DNA of 64,000 bases from positions 1,691 through 65,690 of the forward strand of contig CAZDVZ010000004.1 of assembly GCA_964509125.1 (NCBI GenBank), in the 5' to 3' direction. Within the stretch, counting starts at the first letter, position 1; each line of letters begins with the position of its first letter. The notes beneath the pieces were generated by a model that worked only from the letters and a program-made list of their open reading frames with translations, made no database searches and was not told where the DNA came from. Below are positions 53,107-63,747 of the stretch, one piece after another. The DNA comes from an uncultured Oscillospiraceae bacterium (GTDB taxonomy: Bacteria; Bacillota; Clostridia; Oscillospirales; CAG-382). The position numbers and the translations under genes were made by a program.

Positions 53107-55746
53107 ATGAATAACTTACTTGATAAGAAATATGATCCTAAAAATGTTGAAGACCGACTTTACAAATTTTGGTCTGAAAACGGATATTTTACACCTGAAA
53201 TAGATAAATCCAAAAAGCCTTTTTCCATTGTTATTCCACCGCCAAACGTAACGGGACAGCTCCACATGGGACACGCCCTTGACGAAACATTGCAGGACAT
53301 TCTTATAAGAACCAAACGTATGCAAGGATATTGTACTCTGTGGATTCCCGGAACTGATCATGCGGGAATAGCCACCCAAATTAAAGTTGAAGAACAACTT
53401 CGTAAAGAGGAAGGGCTTTCACGTCACGATTTGGGAAGGGAAAAATTTCTTGAACGTGTATGGGACTGGAAAAAAATGTACGGCAGCCGTATCATCAATC
53501 AGCTCAAAAAGTTAGGTTCTTCGTGCGACTGGACGAGAGAACGCTTTACAATGGATGAAACTTGCTCTGCCGCTGTTAAGAAGATTTTTGTTTCCCTTTA
53601 CAACAAAGGGCAGATTTATCGCGGCTATAGAATTATAAACTGGTGTCCAAACTGCAATACAGCTCTTTCTGATACGGAAGTTGATCACAAGGACACTGCC
53701 GGTAATTTCTATCATATCAAATATCCTATTAAGGGTACTGATGAGATGTTGGAAATTGCAACAACTCGTCCGGAAACAATGTTAGGCGATACGGGCATCG
53801 CAGTAAACCCTAACGATGAAAGATACACAAAATATATTGGAAAAACGGCAATTTTACCTTTGATGAACAGAGAAATTCCAATTGTTGCCGACGAATATGT
53901 TGACATGGAATTTGGAACAGGGTGTGTTAAAATGACTCCCTGTCACGACCCTAACGATTATCAGGTTGCCTTAAGACACAACCTTGAAATGATAGTGGTT
54001 CTTGACGGTAACGCCAAAATAAATGAAAACGGTGGAAAATATCAAGGTATGGATCGCTTTGAAGCAAGAAAAGCTATCATTGAAGATCTTGATGCGCTTG
54101 GACTTTTAGTTAAAATAGAGCCTCATTCTCATGCCGTCGCTCACTGCTATAGATGCGGTACTATCGTAGAACCAATTTCTTCCAGACAATGGTTTGTTAA
54201 AATGGAAGAACTTGCAAAGCCTGCCATTGAAGCAGTGAAAAAAGGTGACATTAAATTTGTTCCTGAACGCTTTTCCAAAAACTACCTTAACTGGATGGAA
54301 AATATTTTAGATTGGTGCATTTCACGTCAACTTTGGTGGGGACACAGAATACCCGCCTTCTATTGTGATGATTGCGGGGAAATGACCGTTTCCGAAAACG
54401 ATGTAACCGTATGCCCAAAATGCGGAAGTAAAAACATAACTCAAGACGAGGATGTACTTGATACGTGGTTTTCATCGGCACTTTGGCCAATGTCAACATT
54501 GGGTTGGCCCAACCAAACAGAGGATCTTGAATACTTTTATCCTACAAGTGTTCTTGTTACCGGCTATGACATTATTACATTCTGGGTTTCAAAAATGATC
54601 TTCCAAGGACTTGAAGGCATGAAAGAAAAACCATTTAGTGATGTTTTGATTCACGGGCTTGTAAGAGATTCACAAGGAAGAAAGATGAGTAAATCCTTAG
54701 GCAACGGAATTGATCCGCTTGAAATCATTGACAAATACGGTGCAGATGCTTTAAGGTTTACACTTGCAACAGGTAATAGTCCCGGAAACGATATGCGTTT
54801 CTACGAAGAACGTGTCGAAGCGTCGCGAAATTTCTGCAACAAAATTTGGAACGCTGCAAGATTTGTTCTTATGAACCTCGAAGAAGATATTAAAATGCCG
54901 GACGACATTACAACGCTTTCCCTTGAAAAAGAAGATAAATGGATACTTTCCAAATACAACACCTTGGTAAAAGAAGTAAATGAAAACATTGATAAATACG
55001 AATTAGGCGTTGCAGTGTCAAAACTTTACGATTTTATTTGGGATGTATTCTGCGATTGGTACATTGAACTTGTAAAACCCAGACTTAACGCCAAAGGAAC
55101 AGAAAGCAACAGCGTTGCGGGAAAAGTTTTAGTCTATGTTCTTTCGGGAACTATGAAACTGCTTCATCCCTTCACGCCATTTATTACAGAGGAAATTTGG
55201 CAAAAACTTCCTCATGAAGGCGAGAGCATTATGATCTCCTCCTTCCCTGTTTTTGATTCAAAATTAACATTTACCGCTGACGAAGAAAATGTTCAATATG
55301 CAATTGACGCTATTAAAGCTATCAGAAACAGACGTTCGGAGATGAATGTTCCTCCCTCAAAAAAATCTGCCCTATATATAAAAACGGAATATAAAGAACT
55401 TTTTGAAACGTCAAATATTTGGTTTGAAAAACTTGCTTCCGCTTCTGCCGTTGAAATAATCGATAATGATCCCGAAGACGCGGATGAATGCGTTCAAATC
55501 ATTACATCCGGTGCTACTGTATTTATTAAAACAAAAGAAATGGTAGACATTGAAGGAGAACGTAAACGTCTCACCAAAGAACTTGAAGATGCAGAAAAAG
55601 AGCTTTCAAGAGCCACATCAAAATTGGCAAACGCTGATTTTGTTTCAAAGGCTCCCGCAAAAGTAATTGATGCTGAAAGAGAAAAGGTTAAAAAGTACGA
55701 GGCAATGAAACAAAGCATTACCGCCGCACTTGAAAAGCTTGTATGA
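53107..55746 (+). CDS. valS: Valine--tRNA ligase
   Basis: ORF 53080..55746. ATG 53107 is preferred. HIGH-type [16 protein letters not shown], an editing domain, and a C-terminal coiled-coil. Confidence 0.95.
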   Translation: MNNLLDKKYDPKNVEDRLYKFWSENGYFTPEIDKSKKPFSIVIPPPNVTGQLHMGHALDETLQDILIRTKRMQGYCTLWIPGTDHAGIATQIKVEEQLRKEEGLSRHDLGREKFLERVWDWKKMYGSRIINQLKKLGSSCDWTRERFTMDETCSAAVKKIFVSLYNKGQIYRGYRIINWCPNCNTALSDTEVDHKDTAGNFYHIKYPIKGTDEMLEIATTRPETMLGDTGIAVNPNDERYTKYIGKTAILPLMNREIPIVADEYVDMEFGTGCVKMTPCHDPNDYQVALRHNLEMIVVLDGNAKINENGGKYQGMDRFEARKAIIEDLDALGLLVKIEPHSHAVAHCYRCGTIVEPISSRQWFVKMEELAKPAIEAVKKGDIKFVPERFSKNYLNWMENILDWCISRQLWWGHRIPAFYCDDCGEMTVSENDVTVCPKCGSKNITQDEDVLDTWFSSALWPMSTLGWPNQTEDLEYFYPTSVLVTGYDIITFWVSKMIFQGLEGMKEKPFSDVLIHGLVRDSQGRKMSKSLGNGIDPLEIIDKYGADALRFTLATGNSPGNDMRFYEERVEASRNFCNKIWNAARFVLMNLEEDIKMPDDITTLSLEKEDKWILSKYNTLVKEVNENIDKYELGVAVSKLYDFIWDVFCDWYIELVKPRLNAKGTESNSVAGKVLVYVLSGTMKLLHPFTPFITEEIWQKLPHEGESIMISSFPVFDSKLTFTADEENVQYAIDAIKAIRNRRSEMNVPPSKKSALYIKTEYKELFETSNIWFEKLASASAVEIIDNDPEDADECVQIITSGATVFIKTKEMVDIEGERKRLTKELEDAEKELSRATSKLANADFVSKAPAKVIDAEREKVKKYEAMKQSITAALEKLV

Positions 55747-56933
55747 ACAAATTAAACGAAAACAAAAAAGTTATTTTATTAAAATACGGTGAAGTTGTAA
55801 TGAAAGGCTTAAACAGAAGTTATTTTGATAGCCTTATCGTTAAACGCGCCAAAGAAATGCTGAAAAAGGCTGAAGGAAACTTCAGCCTTGAGTATGCACA
55901 ATCTACCCTTTATATTAGCGGTGATGAAGATGCAGATATGGACGAGGCTTTTTCTATTCTGAAAAAGCTTTTTGGCATCGCCACAATATGTATGGGTTAT
56001 CAATGTGAAAAGAGCATGGATTCAATTTCAGAATGCGTAAAACAAAATTTACGCCCTCTTTTGGGAAAAGCGAAAACATTTAAATGTGAATCCAAAAGAA
56101 GCGACAAAAACTTTCCACTTAAATCTCCTGAAATTAGCGCAGAAATTGGTGGAGTTATTTTAGATTCCATGCATAGTTTAAAAGTAGATGTTAAAGAACC
56201 GGATGTAACCATTTTCGTTGAAGTTCGTGAAAAATATGCTTATATACACAACGGTGGTGAAAAAGGTTTGGGAGGAATGCCGCCGGGAAGCGCGGGAAAA
56301 GGTTTGCTTCTCTTATCCGGAGGAATAGACAGTCCCGTTGCCGGCTTTATGATGTCTAAAAGAGGCATTTCGGTTGATTGTGTTTATTTTGAAAGTCCTC
56401 CTTATACAAGTGAAAATGCTAAGCAAAAAGTTGTAGATTTAGCAAATAAATTAGCTGAATACAACGGCAAGCTCTATCTTAATTGCATATCTGTCACTGA
56501 AATTCAAGAAGAATTGATGGAAAAATGCGAGCACAAGCTGTTTACTGTTTTGCTTCGACGTTTTATGATGCGCCTTGCACTTAAACACGCTTTAAGAATA
56601 GGAGCAGGACTTCTGATAACCGGAGAAAGCATCGGACAAGTCGCCAGTCAAACCGTTCCCGCGCTTGCAGTTACAGATGCCATTGCAACCATTCCTGTTA
56701 TTAGGCCGCTTGCCGGTTTGGACAAAGAGGAAATTGTAAAGATTTCAAGAATGATTGACACCTTTGACATAAGTGTTTTGCCTTATGACGATTGCTGCAC
56801 CGTATTTACACCGAAGCATCCCAACACAAGACCTACTTTAGAAGGAGTTCTTGCAGAAGAAGCTAAATTAGATGTGGAGGGGCTTGTCGAAAGGGCCTTT
56901 TCCACCAGGACAGTTATGGAAATTATGCCATGA
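55743..56933 (+). CDS. thiI: tRNA 4-thiouridine(8) synthase ThiI (no rhodanese domain)
   Basis: 396 aa. THUMP region and PP-loop [15 protein letters not shown] overlap with valS. Confidence 0.9.
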   Translation: MNKLNENKKVILLKYGEVVMKGLNRSYFDSLIVKRAKEMLKKAEGNFSLEYAQSTLYISGDEDADMDEAFSILKKLFGIATICMGYQCEKSMDSISECVKQNLRPLLGKAKTFKCESKRSDKNFPLKSPEISAEIGGVILDSMHSLKVDVKEPDVTIFVEVREKYAYIHNGGEKGLGGMPPGSAGKGLLLLSGGIDSPVAGFMMSKRGISVDCVYFESPPYTSENAKQKVVDLANKLAEYNGKLYLNCISVTEIQEELMEKCEHKLFTVLLRRFMMRLALKHALRIGAGLLITGESIGQVASQTVPALAVTDAIATIPVIRPLAGLDKEEIVKISRMIDTFDISVLPYDDCCTVFTPKHPNTRPTLEGVLAEEAKLDVEGLVERAFSTRTVMEIMP

Positions 56934-59344
56934 AAAATTTTAAATTTTTAAGCCGAAAGACAATTTCTTTTGTTATTGCGTTTATAATTTTATTTTCTAC
57001 AGTAAATTTCAACATAAAAGCCGCGATTCCTACATCATATGATCTTAGAGACTACGGTTACGTTACTTCTGTAAAAAATCAAGGTAATGCAAACTCATGT
57101 TGGGTGTTTGCTACAATCGGAGCCATTGAATCTTCATTAATTGTGGGAGGTTATGCTGACTCTTCCATAGATCTTTCAGAAGCACACCTTGGGTGGTTTT
57201 CTATTAATTCCGCTATTTCCAATGAAAATGATTTAACTTACGGCGATGGATTATCAGTAGATAACCCATATCAATACAGCGGAAACGATCTATATGCTAT
57301 TTGGGCAATATCAAGAGGATTCGGTTTAGAATTTGAAGAATTTTCTAAATATAATGTTTCAGATCCGGATTCCACATTTGTAAGAGAAAGCTCAAGAAAT
57401 GTTTCCGAATACACTGTTTCCCAATTAAATATTTACGAACCATCAGAATCCGATTCCATTAAACAGGCAATAATAACCAATGGTGCTGTTATGGCTTCTT
57501 ATCGTGATTCTTCGGGGTATTACACAAGAGGTAACGATGGTTATTGTTTTTATGAGAATGTATACACAGAAACAAACCACGCAACTCTTATAATAGGATG
57601 GGACGATGATTTTTCAAAAGAAAACTTTGGAGACCTCCAACCATCATCAAACGGTGCTTGGCTTTGCAGAAATACTCGCGGCACATCGTGGGGCGATAAC
57701 GGCTATTTTTGGCTTTCATATGAGACCACTTCTTTAAAAAGAATAGTTTCTTTCGTGGCAGAGCCTTCTGAAAATGACATATATCAAATTTATCAATATG
57801 ATGGGTATGGATTCTCTAAAGCACTTAGCATAAACGATTCGGGTATTGTATACACTTCTAACATTTTTGATATTACAGAAAACGGATGTTTGGAAAAAAT
57901 TGCCTTTTACACCGCAATGACTAATCTGAATCATGATATAACTATATATAGACTTAATGAATCATACAGTTCCCCCGTGGATGGAGAAGTAATATCTAAT
58001 TTTTCAAAATCGTGTAATAATTTAGGATATTACCTTTGCGACCTTCCGTCTCCCGTGAATGTTTACGCAGGCGACGCTATTTCTATTGTTGTAAAAATAT
58101 CGGGCAGCGGAAGAATTAAATTTTATTCCGAAGGAACTGAAAACAGAGCATCCATAAACGGAAAAAGCTTTGCTTCACCTGATGGAATTTCATGGGTAGA
58201 TACAGCACAAAACAATTTTGGGAATCTGTGCATTAAAGCGTGGGTAGATCCGGATGTTTACGAAGGACCGGATATTATATCTTTATATAACAAAATGCTT
58301 CCCATAAGTGAAGAATATTACGAAGATAATATTCTTTCCTCCGTAATGGACAAAGTGAATAAATTGGATTTAACCGGTTCGACAGATCGAGAGACGCTTA
58401 ATTGTTATTTACGTCTTGTATGCCTATACGAAAAGTATTTTGGTTTTGTCACCGTTGAAAATGAAGAACAATTTATTGCTTTTGCAAATTTAGTTAATAG
58501 CGGAAACAAATTTACAGATACCGTCATTGTTCTCACAGGCGATTTAGATTTCACAAACATTAGCTTCACTGTCCCTTCAGAATTTAACGGAATTTTTAAT
58601 GGTAAATATCATTCCATTAAAGGAATTACTTATCAAAGTGGTGTGGATGCAGGTCTTTTTGGAACAATTTGCCAAAATGGAATTGTAAAAAATGTTGTTA
58701 TGAACGACTGCTCCTTTGTCACATCGGAATATGCCGGAGGAATCGCCGCAAGAAATGAAGGCTTGATCATTGATTGCGCCGTCTCTGCGTCTCTATCGTC
58801 CGAATATTTATATTCCGGACTTGTAGCAGGCTTTAATAAAGGAAAAGTTTTGAACTGCGCTGTCAAAGGAGATTCCGGTGAATATTCATTTGGGGAAATT
58901 GTAGGTGAAAACACTTTTGGAATAATTCAGAGTTGCCTATACAGTGGCAATTCGCCTGTTTGTGACGGTAACGCTCCCATAGAATCACACCAAGCAAGCG
59001 TCTTTGAAGATGTAATTATGGTGCGAGGATTGGGAATACCCATGAAAAATGTTTCATTATTTGCTTCTCTGTACCATTCAACTCCAAATTCATATGAAGG
59101 AAATGCGTACACAGGCGCCATAATTGAAAATTTTAAAATATCGGTGTTGGGTGATATCGATGGTGACGGTGAACTTTCTGCATCGGACTATTTGAAAATA
59201 AAAAGTTATTTTTTAGAAATTATTGATTTATCTGACGTTTATTTATCATCAGCAGATATAGATCAAAACGGTTTTATTGAAGCAACAGATTATCTTTTAA
59301 TAAAATCTCATTTCTTGAACATAACAGACATTTACGGAGTTTGA
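56930..59344 (+). CDS. Secreted multidomain papain-like (C1) cysteine peptidase with GLUG-like repeats and a C-terminal dockerin
   Basis: 804 aa. Signal peptide (FVIAFIILFSTVNFNIKA). C1 motifs QGNANSCWVFA (Cys57, nt 57098-57100), NHATLIIGWDD (His217) and NGAWLCRNTRGTSWGDNGYFW. Four G(L/I)(F/A/V)G-type repeats at about nt 58560-58960. Dockerin duplicated Ca-binding loops GDIDGDGELSASDYLKIKSYFL and ADIDQNGFIEATDYLLIKSHFL at about nt 59149-59341. Confidence 0.8.
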   Translation: MKNFKFLSRKTISFVIAFIILFSTVNFNIKAAIPTSYDLRDYGYVTSVKNQGNANSCWVFATIGAIESSLIVGGYADSSIDLSEAHLGWFSINSAISNENDLTYGDGLSVDNPYQYSGNDLYAIWAISRGFGLEFEEFSKYNVSDPDSTFVRESSRNVSEYTVSQLNIYEPSESDSIKQAIITNGAVMASYRDSSGYYTRGNDGYCFYENVYTETNHATLIIGWDDDFSKENFGDLQPSSNGAWLCRNTRGTSWGDNGYFWLSYETTSLKRIVSFVAEPSENDIYQIYQYDGYGFSKALSINDSGIVYTSNIFDITENGCLEKIAFYTAMTNLNHDITIYRLNESYSSPVDGEVISNFSKSCNNLGYYLCDLPSPVNVYAGDAISIVVKISGSGRIKFYSEGTENRASINGKSFASPDGISWVDTAQNNFGNLCIKAWVDPDVYEGPDIISLYNKMLPISEEYYEDNILSSVMDKVNKLDLTGSTDRETLNCYLRLVCLYEKYFGFVTVENEEQFIAFANLVNSGNKFTDTVIVLTGDLDFTNISFTVPSEFNGIFNGKYHSIKGITYQSGVDAGLFGTICQNGIVKNVVMNDCSFVTSEYAGGIAARNEGLIIDCAVSASLSSEYLYSGLVAGFNKGKVLNCAVKGDSGEYSFGEIVGENTFGIIQSCLYSGNSPVCDGNAPIESHQASVFEDVIMVRGLGIPMKNVSLFASLYHSTPNSYEGNAYTGAIIENFKISVLGDIDGDGELSASDYLKIKSYFLEIIDLSDVYLSSADIDQNGFIEATDYLLIKSHFLNITDIYGV

Positions 59345-59347
59345 TCA

Positions 59348-60601
59348 ATGAATTTAACTGAGCTTGCACGTCCAAAAGATTTTTCTGAAATTGCCGGACA
59401 AAAACATTTATTTAATGAGAATGCCCCATTAATGAAAATGATTATGGAAGGGCATATTCCCTCTTTAATATTTTATGGCCCTCCCGGAGTTGGAAAAACA
59501 ACAGCCGCAGATATTCTTGCATCCAAAACGGGAAAAACATTCAGAAAATTAAACGCTACAGTTGCATCGCTTTCAGACTTGAAAGCAATACTCTCAGAAA
59601 CAGACGCTGTATACACCGGAGGCGAGATATTACTCTACATTGATGAAATTCAATATTTTAATAAAAAGCAACAACAAGTATTGCTGGAATATGTAGAAGA
59701 TGGCAGAGTTACACTTATCTGCTCTACAACGGAAAATCCATACTTTTATATTTATCCTGCCCTTGTCTCAAGATCTGCAGTTTTTGAATTTAAAAGTGTT
59801 TCTCCCGAAGAAATAAAAGAATTTTTGCACCGCGCTCTAAACATTTTTAATAAAGAAAATGAAAGAAATATCTCTGCAGCGGACAAAGTTTTAGAACTCA
59901 TCTCAAATTCTGTAGGCGGAGATGTTCGAAAAGCCGTAAATATGCTTGAAAATCTTTGTTTTGTCGTCTCTGAGGGAGAAATTACTGAAACTATTACTCG
60001 TGATTTTCTTAGAAACGCGGGGCAAAGATTTGATAAAGGCGGCGATGAATATTATAATTCCCTCTCCGCGCTCCAAAAATCCATAAGAGGTTCTGATGAA
60101 AATGCAGCAATATTTTATCTTGCAAAAATTTTGGAGAACGGTGGTTTAATTCCCGCGTGCAGACGACTTTTAGTTATTGCCAGCGAAGATGTGGGGCTTG
60201 CCTACCCTCTTGCTTCTGTTATTACAAAATCGTGCGTGGATTCTGCTTTACAATTAGGTATGCCTGAGGCAAGAATTCCATTATCGGAAGCGTGCATTTT
60301 ATTAGCTACTGCACCAAAATCCAATTCTGCATATATGGCGTACGATAGGGCATCAGAAGATGTTAAGTCCGGTAAAGGTACAATTTTTCCCCGTTGTTTA
60401 CAAAATGTACACGCAGACAGTTATGGCGAAATTGGGGGTCAAGGATATATTTACCCCCATGACTATCCCGATGCTTATGTAGAACAACAATATTTACCGG
60501 ACGATCTTGTAAATAAAAAATATTATACATACGGCGATAATAAAAACGAACAAGCCGCAAAACTATATCGTCAAAATATCATTAACAAACATAAAAAATA
60601 A
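59348..60601 (+). CDS. rarA: Replication-associated recombination protein A (AAA+ ATPase)
   Basis: 417 aa. Walker A GPPGVGKTT, Walker B LYIDEIQ, and the C-terminal MgsA domain (SALQKSIRGSD). Confidence 0.9.
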   Translation: MNLTELARPKDFSEIAGQKHLFNENAPLMKMIMEGHIPSLIFYGPPGVGKTTAADILASKTGKTFRKLNATVASLSDLKAILSETDAVYTGGEILLYIDEIQYFNKKQQQVLLEYVEDGRVTLICSTTENPYFYIYPALVSRSAVFEFKSVSPEEIKEFLHRALNIFNKENERNISAADKVLELISNSVGGDVRKAVNMLENLCFVVSEGEITETITRDFLRNAGQRFDKGGDEYYNSLSALQKSIRGSDENAAIFYLAKILENGGLIPACRRLLVIASEDVGLAYPLASVITKSCVDSALQLGMPEARIPLSEACILLATAPKSNSAYMAYDRASEDVKSGKGTIFPRCLQNVHADSYGEIGGQGYIYPHDYPDAYVEQQYLPDDLVNKKYYTYGDNKNEQAAKLYRQNIINKHKK

Positions 60602-60646
60602 AAAAATGAAAGGTAAAATACAGCCATCTGTATTTGGAAAACTATT

Positions 60647-61798
60647 ATGAGAATTTTTTTAACAGTACTCGACAGCCTTGGAATTGGTGAATTGCCCGAT
60701 GCAGATGCATATAACGATAAAGGCTCAAATACATTAAATTCTATATATAAAAACGAAAACTTCAACGCGCCAAACCTTACAAAAATGGGATTATTCAATA
60801 TTGACGGTACGCCCGAAAAAGGAATTGAATCGCCAATAGGAGCTTTTTGCCGTTTTGCTGAAGCTTCAAAAGGAAAAGACACTGTTACAGGCCATTGGGA
60901 AATGTGCCAGATTATCTCAGAAAGACCTTTTCCTACTTATCCAAACGGATTCCCAAAAGAAGTAATTGAAAAATTTGAACTTCTTACAGGAAAGAAAACA
61001 ATTTGTAATCTCCCATATTCCGGAACAGAAGTTATAAAAGACTTTGGTGAGGAAAGCATAAGGGATGGAAAATTGATTGTTTATACATCCGCAGACAGTG
61101 TATTTCAAATTGCAGCACACGAAGATTTCGTGCCGATTAAAGATCTTTACAGATATTGTGAAATTGCAAGGGAAATACTTCAAGGGGAACATGCTGTAGG
61201 AAGAGTAATTGCAAGACCTTTTAATGGAGAAAAAGGAGCATTTCAAAGAACTGCCAACAGACACGATTACGCCCTTGAGCCATCGGAAAGCACGCTTGAT
61301 CTGATAAAAAATGCCGGCAAGGATGTTTGGTCGGTTGGTAAAATTAAAGATATATTTGCAGAAAAAGGCATTACAAAATCTTTCCCCGGTGCTACAAACA
61401 TTATTGCCATGAGTTCCCTTGAAGAAATTCTTCAACTGGATTTTGACGGATTGTGCTTTACAAATTTGGTTGATTTTGATGCGATGTACGGTCATAGAAA
61501 CAATATAGACGGATACGCAAAGGCAGTAAGCGATTTTGATAAATTTCTTGAAAATATGATTTCAAATATGCGCGAAGACGACATATTTATAATTACAAGT
61601 GATCATGGCTGTGATCCTGCAACTCCTTCTACAGATCATTCGAGAGAATATACATTCGGGCTGTTTTTTGGCAAAAATATTAAACCTGTAAATATGGGTA
61701 CCCGCCCCACGTTTGCCGATATCGGAAAGACGATTTGTGATTTATTAAATATCGAAAATTCTCTTCCCGGAACAAGTCTCTGTCCTTTATTTCTCTGA
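60647..61798 (+). CDS. deoB: Phosphopentomutase
   Basis: 383 aa. VLDSLGIGELPDA, KDTVTGHWEM, and TSDHGCDP. Confidence 0.9.
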   Translation: MRIFLTVLDSLGIGELPDADAYNDKGSNTLNSIYKNENFNAPNLTKMGLFNIDGTPEKGIESPIGAFCRFAEASKGKDTVTGHWEMCQIISERPFPTYPNGFPKEVIEKFELLTGKKTICNLPYSGTEVIKDFGEESIRDGKLIVYTSADSVFQIAAHEDFVPIKDLYRYCEIAREILQGEHAVGRVIARPFNGEKGAFQRTANRHDYALEPSESTLDLIKNAGKDVWSVGKIKDIFAEKGITKSFPGATNIIAMSSLEEILQLDFDGLCFTNLVDFDAMYGHRNNIDGYAKAVSDFDKFLENMISNMREDDIFIITSDHGCDPATPSTDHSREYTFGLFFGKNIKPVNMGTRPTFADIGKTICDLLNIENSLPGTSLCPLFL

Positions 61799-61800
61799 AA

Positions 61801-62130
61801 TTAATATTCGGGTAAATTAGATATTCGAATTCTTGCCATTGAAAGGTGCGCTTGAAACATTTTATTGTCATTGTTTAAGAAATACACTTCTGCAGTGTTT
61901 AGATCGATGGTTATTTTTTCCAGCTCCTTGTGATTTATCATAAAACGCAATACTTTCTCTTTATCTTCCCACAGCTTCATGGCACCGTAAAAATCTTCTT
62001 TATCATTAATTTTGTCAAAGTCCATATGAGAAAGCAGATTGGAAGCTGTTTCTTTAACGTATATCTCTCCTGCGATGACAAAAGATAGAGTTACTAAAAA
62101 AACCGAAAGCATTATTAAGAACCCTTTCAT
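61801..62130 (-). CDS. Small secreted/membrane-anchored protein (DUF4363-like)
   Basis: 109 aa with an N-terminal hydrophobic segment. 4-nt overlap with the upstream DUF421-type gene, a pairing I recall as common in Firmicutes. Confidence 0.5.
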   Translation of the reverse strand: MKGFLIMLSVFLVTLSFVIAGEIYVKETASNLLSHMDFDKINDKEDFYGAMKLWEDKEKVLRFMINHKELEKITIDLNTAEVYFLNNDNKMFQAHLSMARIRISNLPEY

Positions 62131-62819
62131 TTTTCTTTCTCCTTAATTACAATGTTTTCGTTCCCTATATCATCAACTATAAAATAAAGTATATCTTTCA
62201 TGTTTTTAATTCCCTTGGTTTTTATACGTTGGATTAACCATTCTTCTCTTTTTCCCAAAGCAGAAAGAGCATTTTTATCTATATATCCCTCAACGATAAC
62301 ACAATGCCCTACACCGTTTTCCGGCAAATTTAAATTTAAATCACCGGAAGTGGGAACGGAATTGCCAGCCTTGGGAAAAACGCTGAGTTTTCCGTTTTGT
62401 TCCAATATGACATAATTTATTTCAGATATATCCCTGTATCCGTGAAGCCTTATTTCTGTAAATATTTCATCCACACTCACACGTGTCTTTGAAAGGTTTT
62501 TTTCTATTATCTCCCCTTTAGAAACCAAAACAATGGGAGAACCGTCAAAAAAACGTCTTACTTTTACTGATTTTCTGCAGATCCACGAAAGAGCAACTTC
62601 GATGAAAACTACACTTATGAGAGGCACAAAACAAGTTAATACAGGCGTATCCTTGTTTGTTATGGGAACCACTGCGAGTTCCGATATCATAACAGCAGTG
62701 ACAAATTCGGAAAGTTGAAGTTCACCCACTTGCCTTTTCCCCGAAATACGCATTAGAAACATTAAAGTTATATAAAAAGCAAATGTTCTGGCTATTATTG
62801 CAAGCATTTCATCCACCAT
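62127..62819 (-). CDS. DUF421 (YetF-like) membrane protein
   Basis: 230 aa. The alternative start ATG 62807 lies 5 nt after GGTGGA. RISGKRQVGELQLSEFV pattern, three TM helices, and a C-terminal soluble domain. Confidence 0.7.
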   Translation of the reverse strand: MVDEMLAIIARTFAFYITLMFLMRISGKRQVGELQLSEFVTAVMISELAVVPITNKDTPVLTCFVPLISVVFIEVALSWICRKSVKVRRFFDGSPIVLVSKGEIIEKNLSKTRVSVDEIFTEIRLHGYRDISEINYVILEQNGKLSVFPKAGNSVPTSGDLNLNLPENGVGHCVIVEGYIDKNALSALGKREEWLIQRIKTKGIKNMKDILYFIVDDIGNENIVIKEKEK

Positions 62820-62893
62820 TTTCTTTTTTTATATATTATTTCCCTTTTTTCTACATATTATTTTACTAATTTATTATTTTTACAAAATTTGTA

Positions 62894-62922
62894 GTGACAA
62901 ATAAACGGATGTATGTTATACT
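62894..62922 (+). promoter_or_regulatory. Possible sigma-A promoter with extended -10 for rlmB
   Basis: GTGACA (62894-62899), 17-nt spacer, TGtTATACT (TATACT = 62917-62922). Confidence 0.4.
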
Positions 62923-62976
62923 CTTTTAAGTTAAACTAAGTAATTTGAAATTAAATCATTTTTAGTAGGAAAACAT

Positions 62977-63705
62977 ATGGATAATGAAAATATTGTTTTA
63001 GGAAGAAATTCTGTTACAGAACTTCTAATGTCAGGAAGAAAAATTGAAAAAATATATCTTTTGAGCGGATGCGAAGAAAAATTCAGGAAAAAAGTGTATG
63101 ATCTTTGCTCCGATCGTCGAATTCCCATTGTTAAAACGGACAAAGCCAAAATGGATTCGATGGGCAAAAATCACCAAGGCATAATTGCTGTCGCCGCTAT
63201 CAAAGATTATTGCGAAATAGACGATATTTTAAACCTTGCCAATGAAAGAGGAGAAAAACCTTTTATCATCATTGCTGATGGGATAAATGATCCTCATAAT
63301 CTCGGAGCCATAATTCGCTCTGCGGAATGTGCGGGAGTTCACGGTATTATAATTCCAAAGAGACATTCTGTCTGTGTTACACCTACAGTACATAAATCCT
63401 CTGCAGGTGCTTCTGAGCATATGCTTATTGCAAAAGTTCCAAATTTAGCATCTGCAGTAGATGAGTTGAAAAAAAACGGTTTATGGATCTACGCTATGGA
63501 AGCAGATGGCGAAGATTATTCAAAAACAGTATTCGATGCACCAACTTGTATTATATTGGGAAGTGAAGGAGACGGCGTCTCCGAGCTTCTCAAAAAAAGA
63601 TCGGATTTTGTCCTTTCCATTCCTATGTACGGAAAGATCAATTCTTTAAATGTATCTGCTGCTGCCGCTATAATTATGTTTAAAGCGGCTCCAATGTTAA
63701 AATAA
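62977..63705 (+). CDS. rlmB: 23S rRNA (guanosine-2'-O)-methyltransferase, SpoU/TrmH family (RlmB-like)
   Basis: 242 aa. N-terminal SpoU substrate-binding domain, then NDPHNLGAIIRSA, ILGSEGDGVS, and SLNVSAAAAI. Confidence 0.85.
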   Translation: MDNENIVLGRNSVTELLMSGRKIEKIYLLSGCEEKFRKKVYDLCSDRRIPIVKTDKAKMDSMGKNHQGIIAVAAIKDYCEIDDILNLANERGEKPFIIIADGINDPHNLGAIIRSAECAGVHGIIIPKRHSVCVTPTVHKSSAGASEHMLIAKVPNLASAVDELKKNGLWIYAMEADGEDYSKTVFDAPTCIILGSEGDGVSELLKKRSDFVLSIPMYGKINSLNVSAAAAIIMFKAAPMLK

Positions 63706-63747
63706 TCCAATAAATATGATGCTCCAATATTAAGGAGGGATGTTCAT

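Noticed and set aside
60616-60635. 8-bp hairpin AAATACAGccatCTGTATTT between rarA and deoB
   Set aside because: The stem is entirely A/T-rich except for two pairs, and no U-run follows. It could be a weak attenuator, but it cannot be told apart from chance.
62881-62893. 6-1-6 palindrome TACAAAaTTTGTA in the divergent DUF421/rlmB intergenic region, adjacent to the putative -35 box
   Set aside because: It is a single short AT-rich palindrome, which is expected by chance in this composition. There is no second copy and no associated regulator gene.
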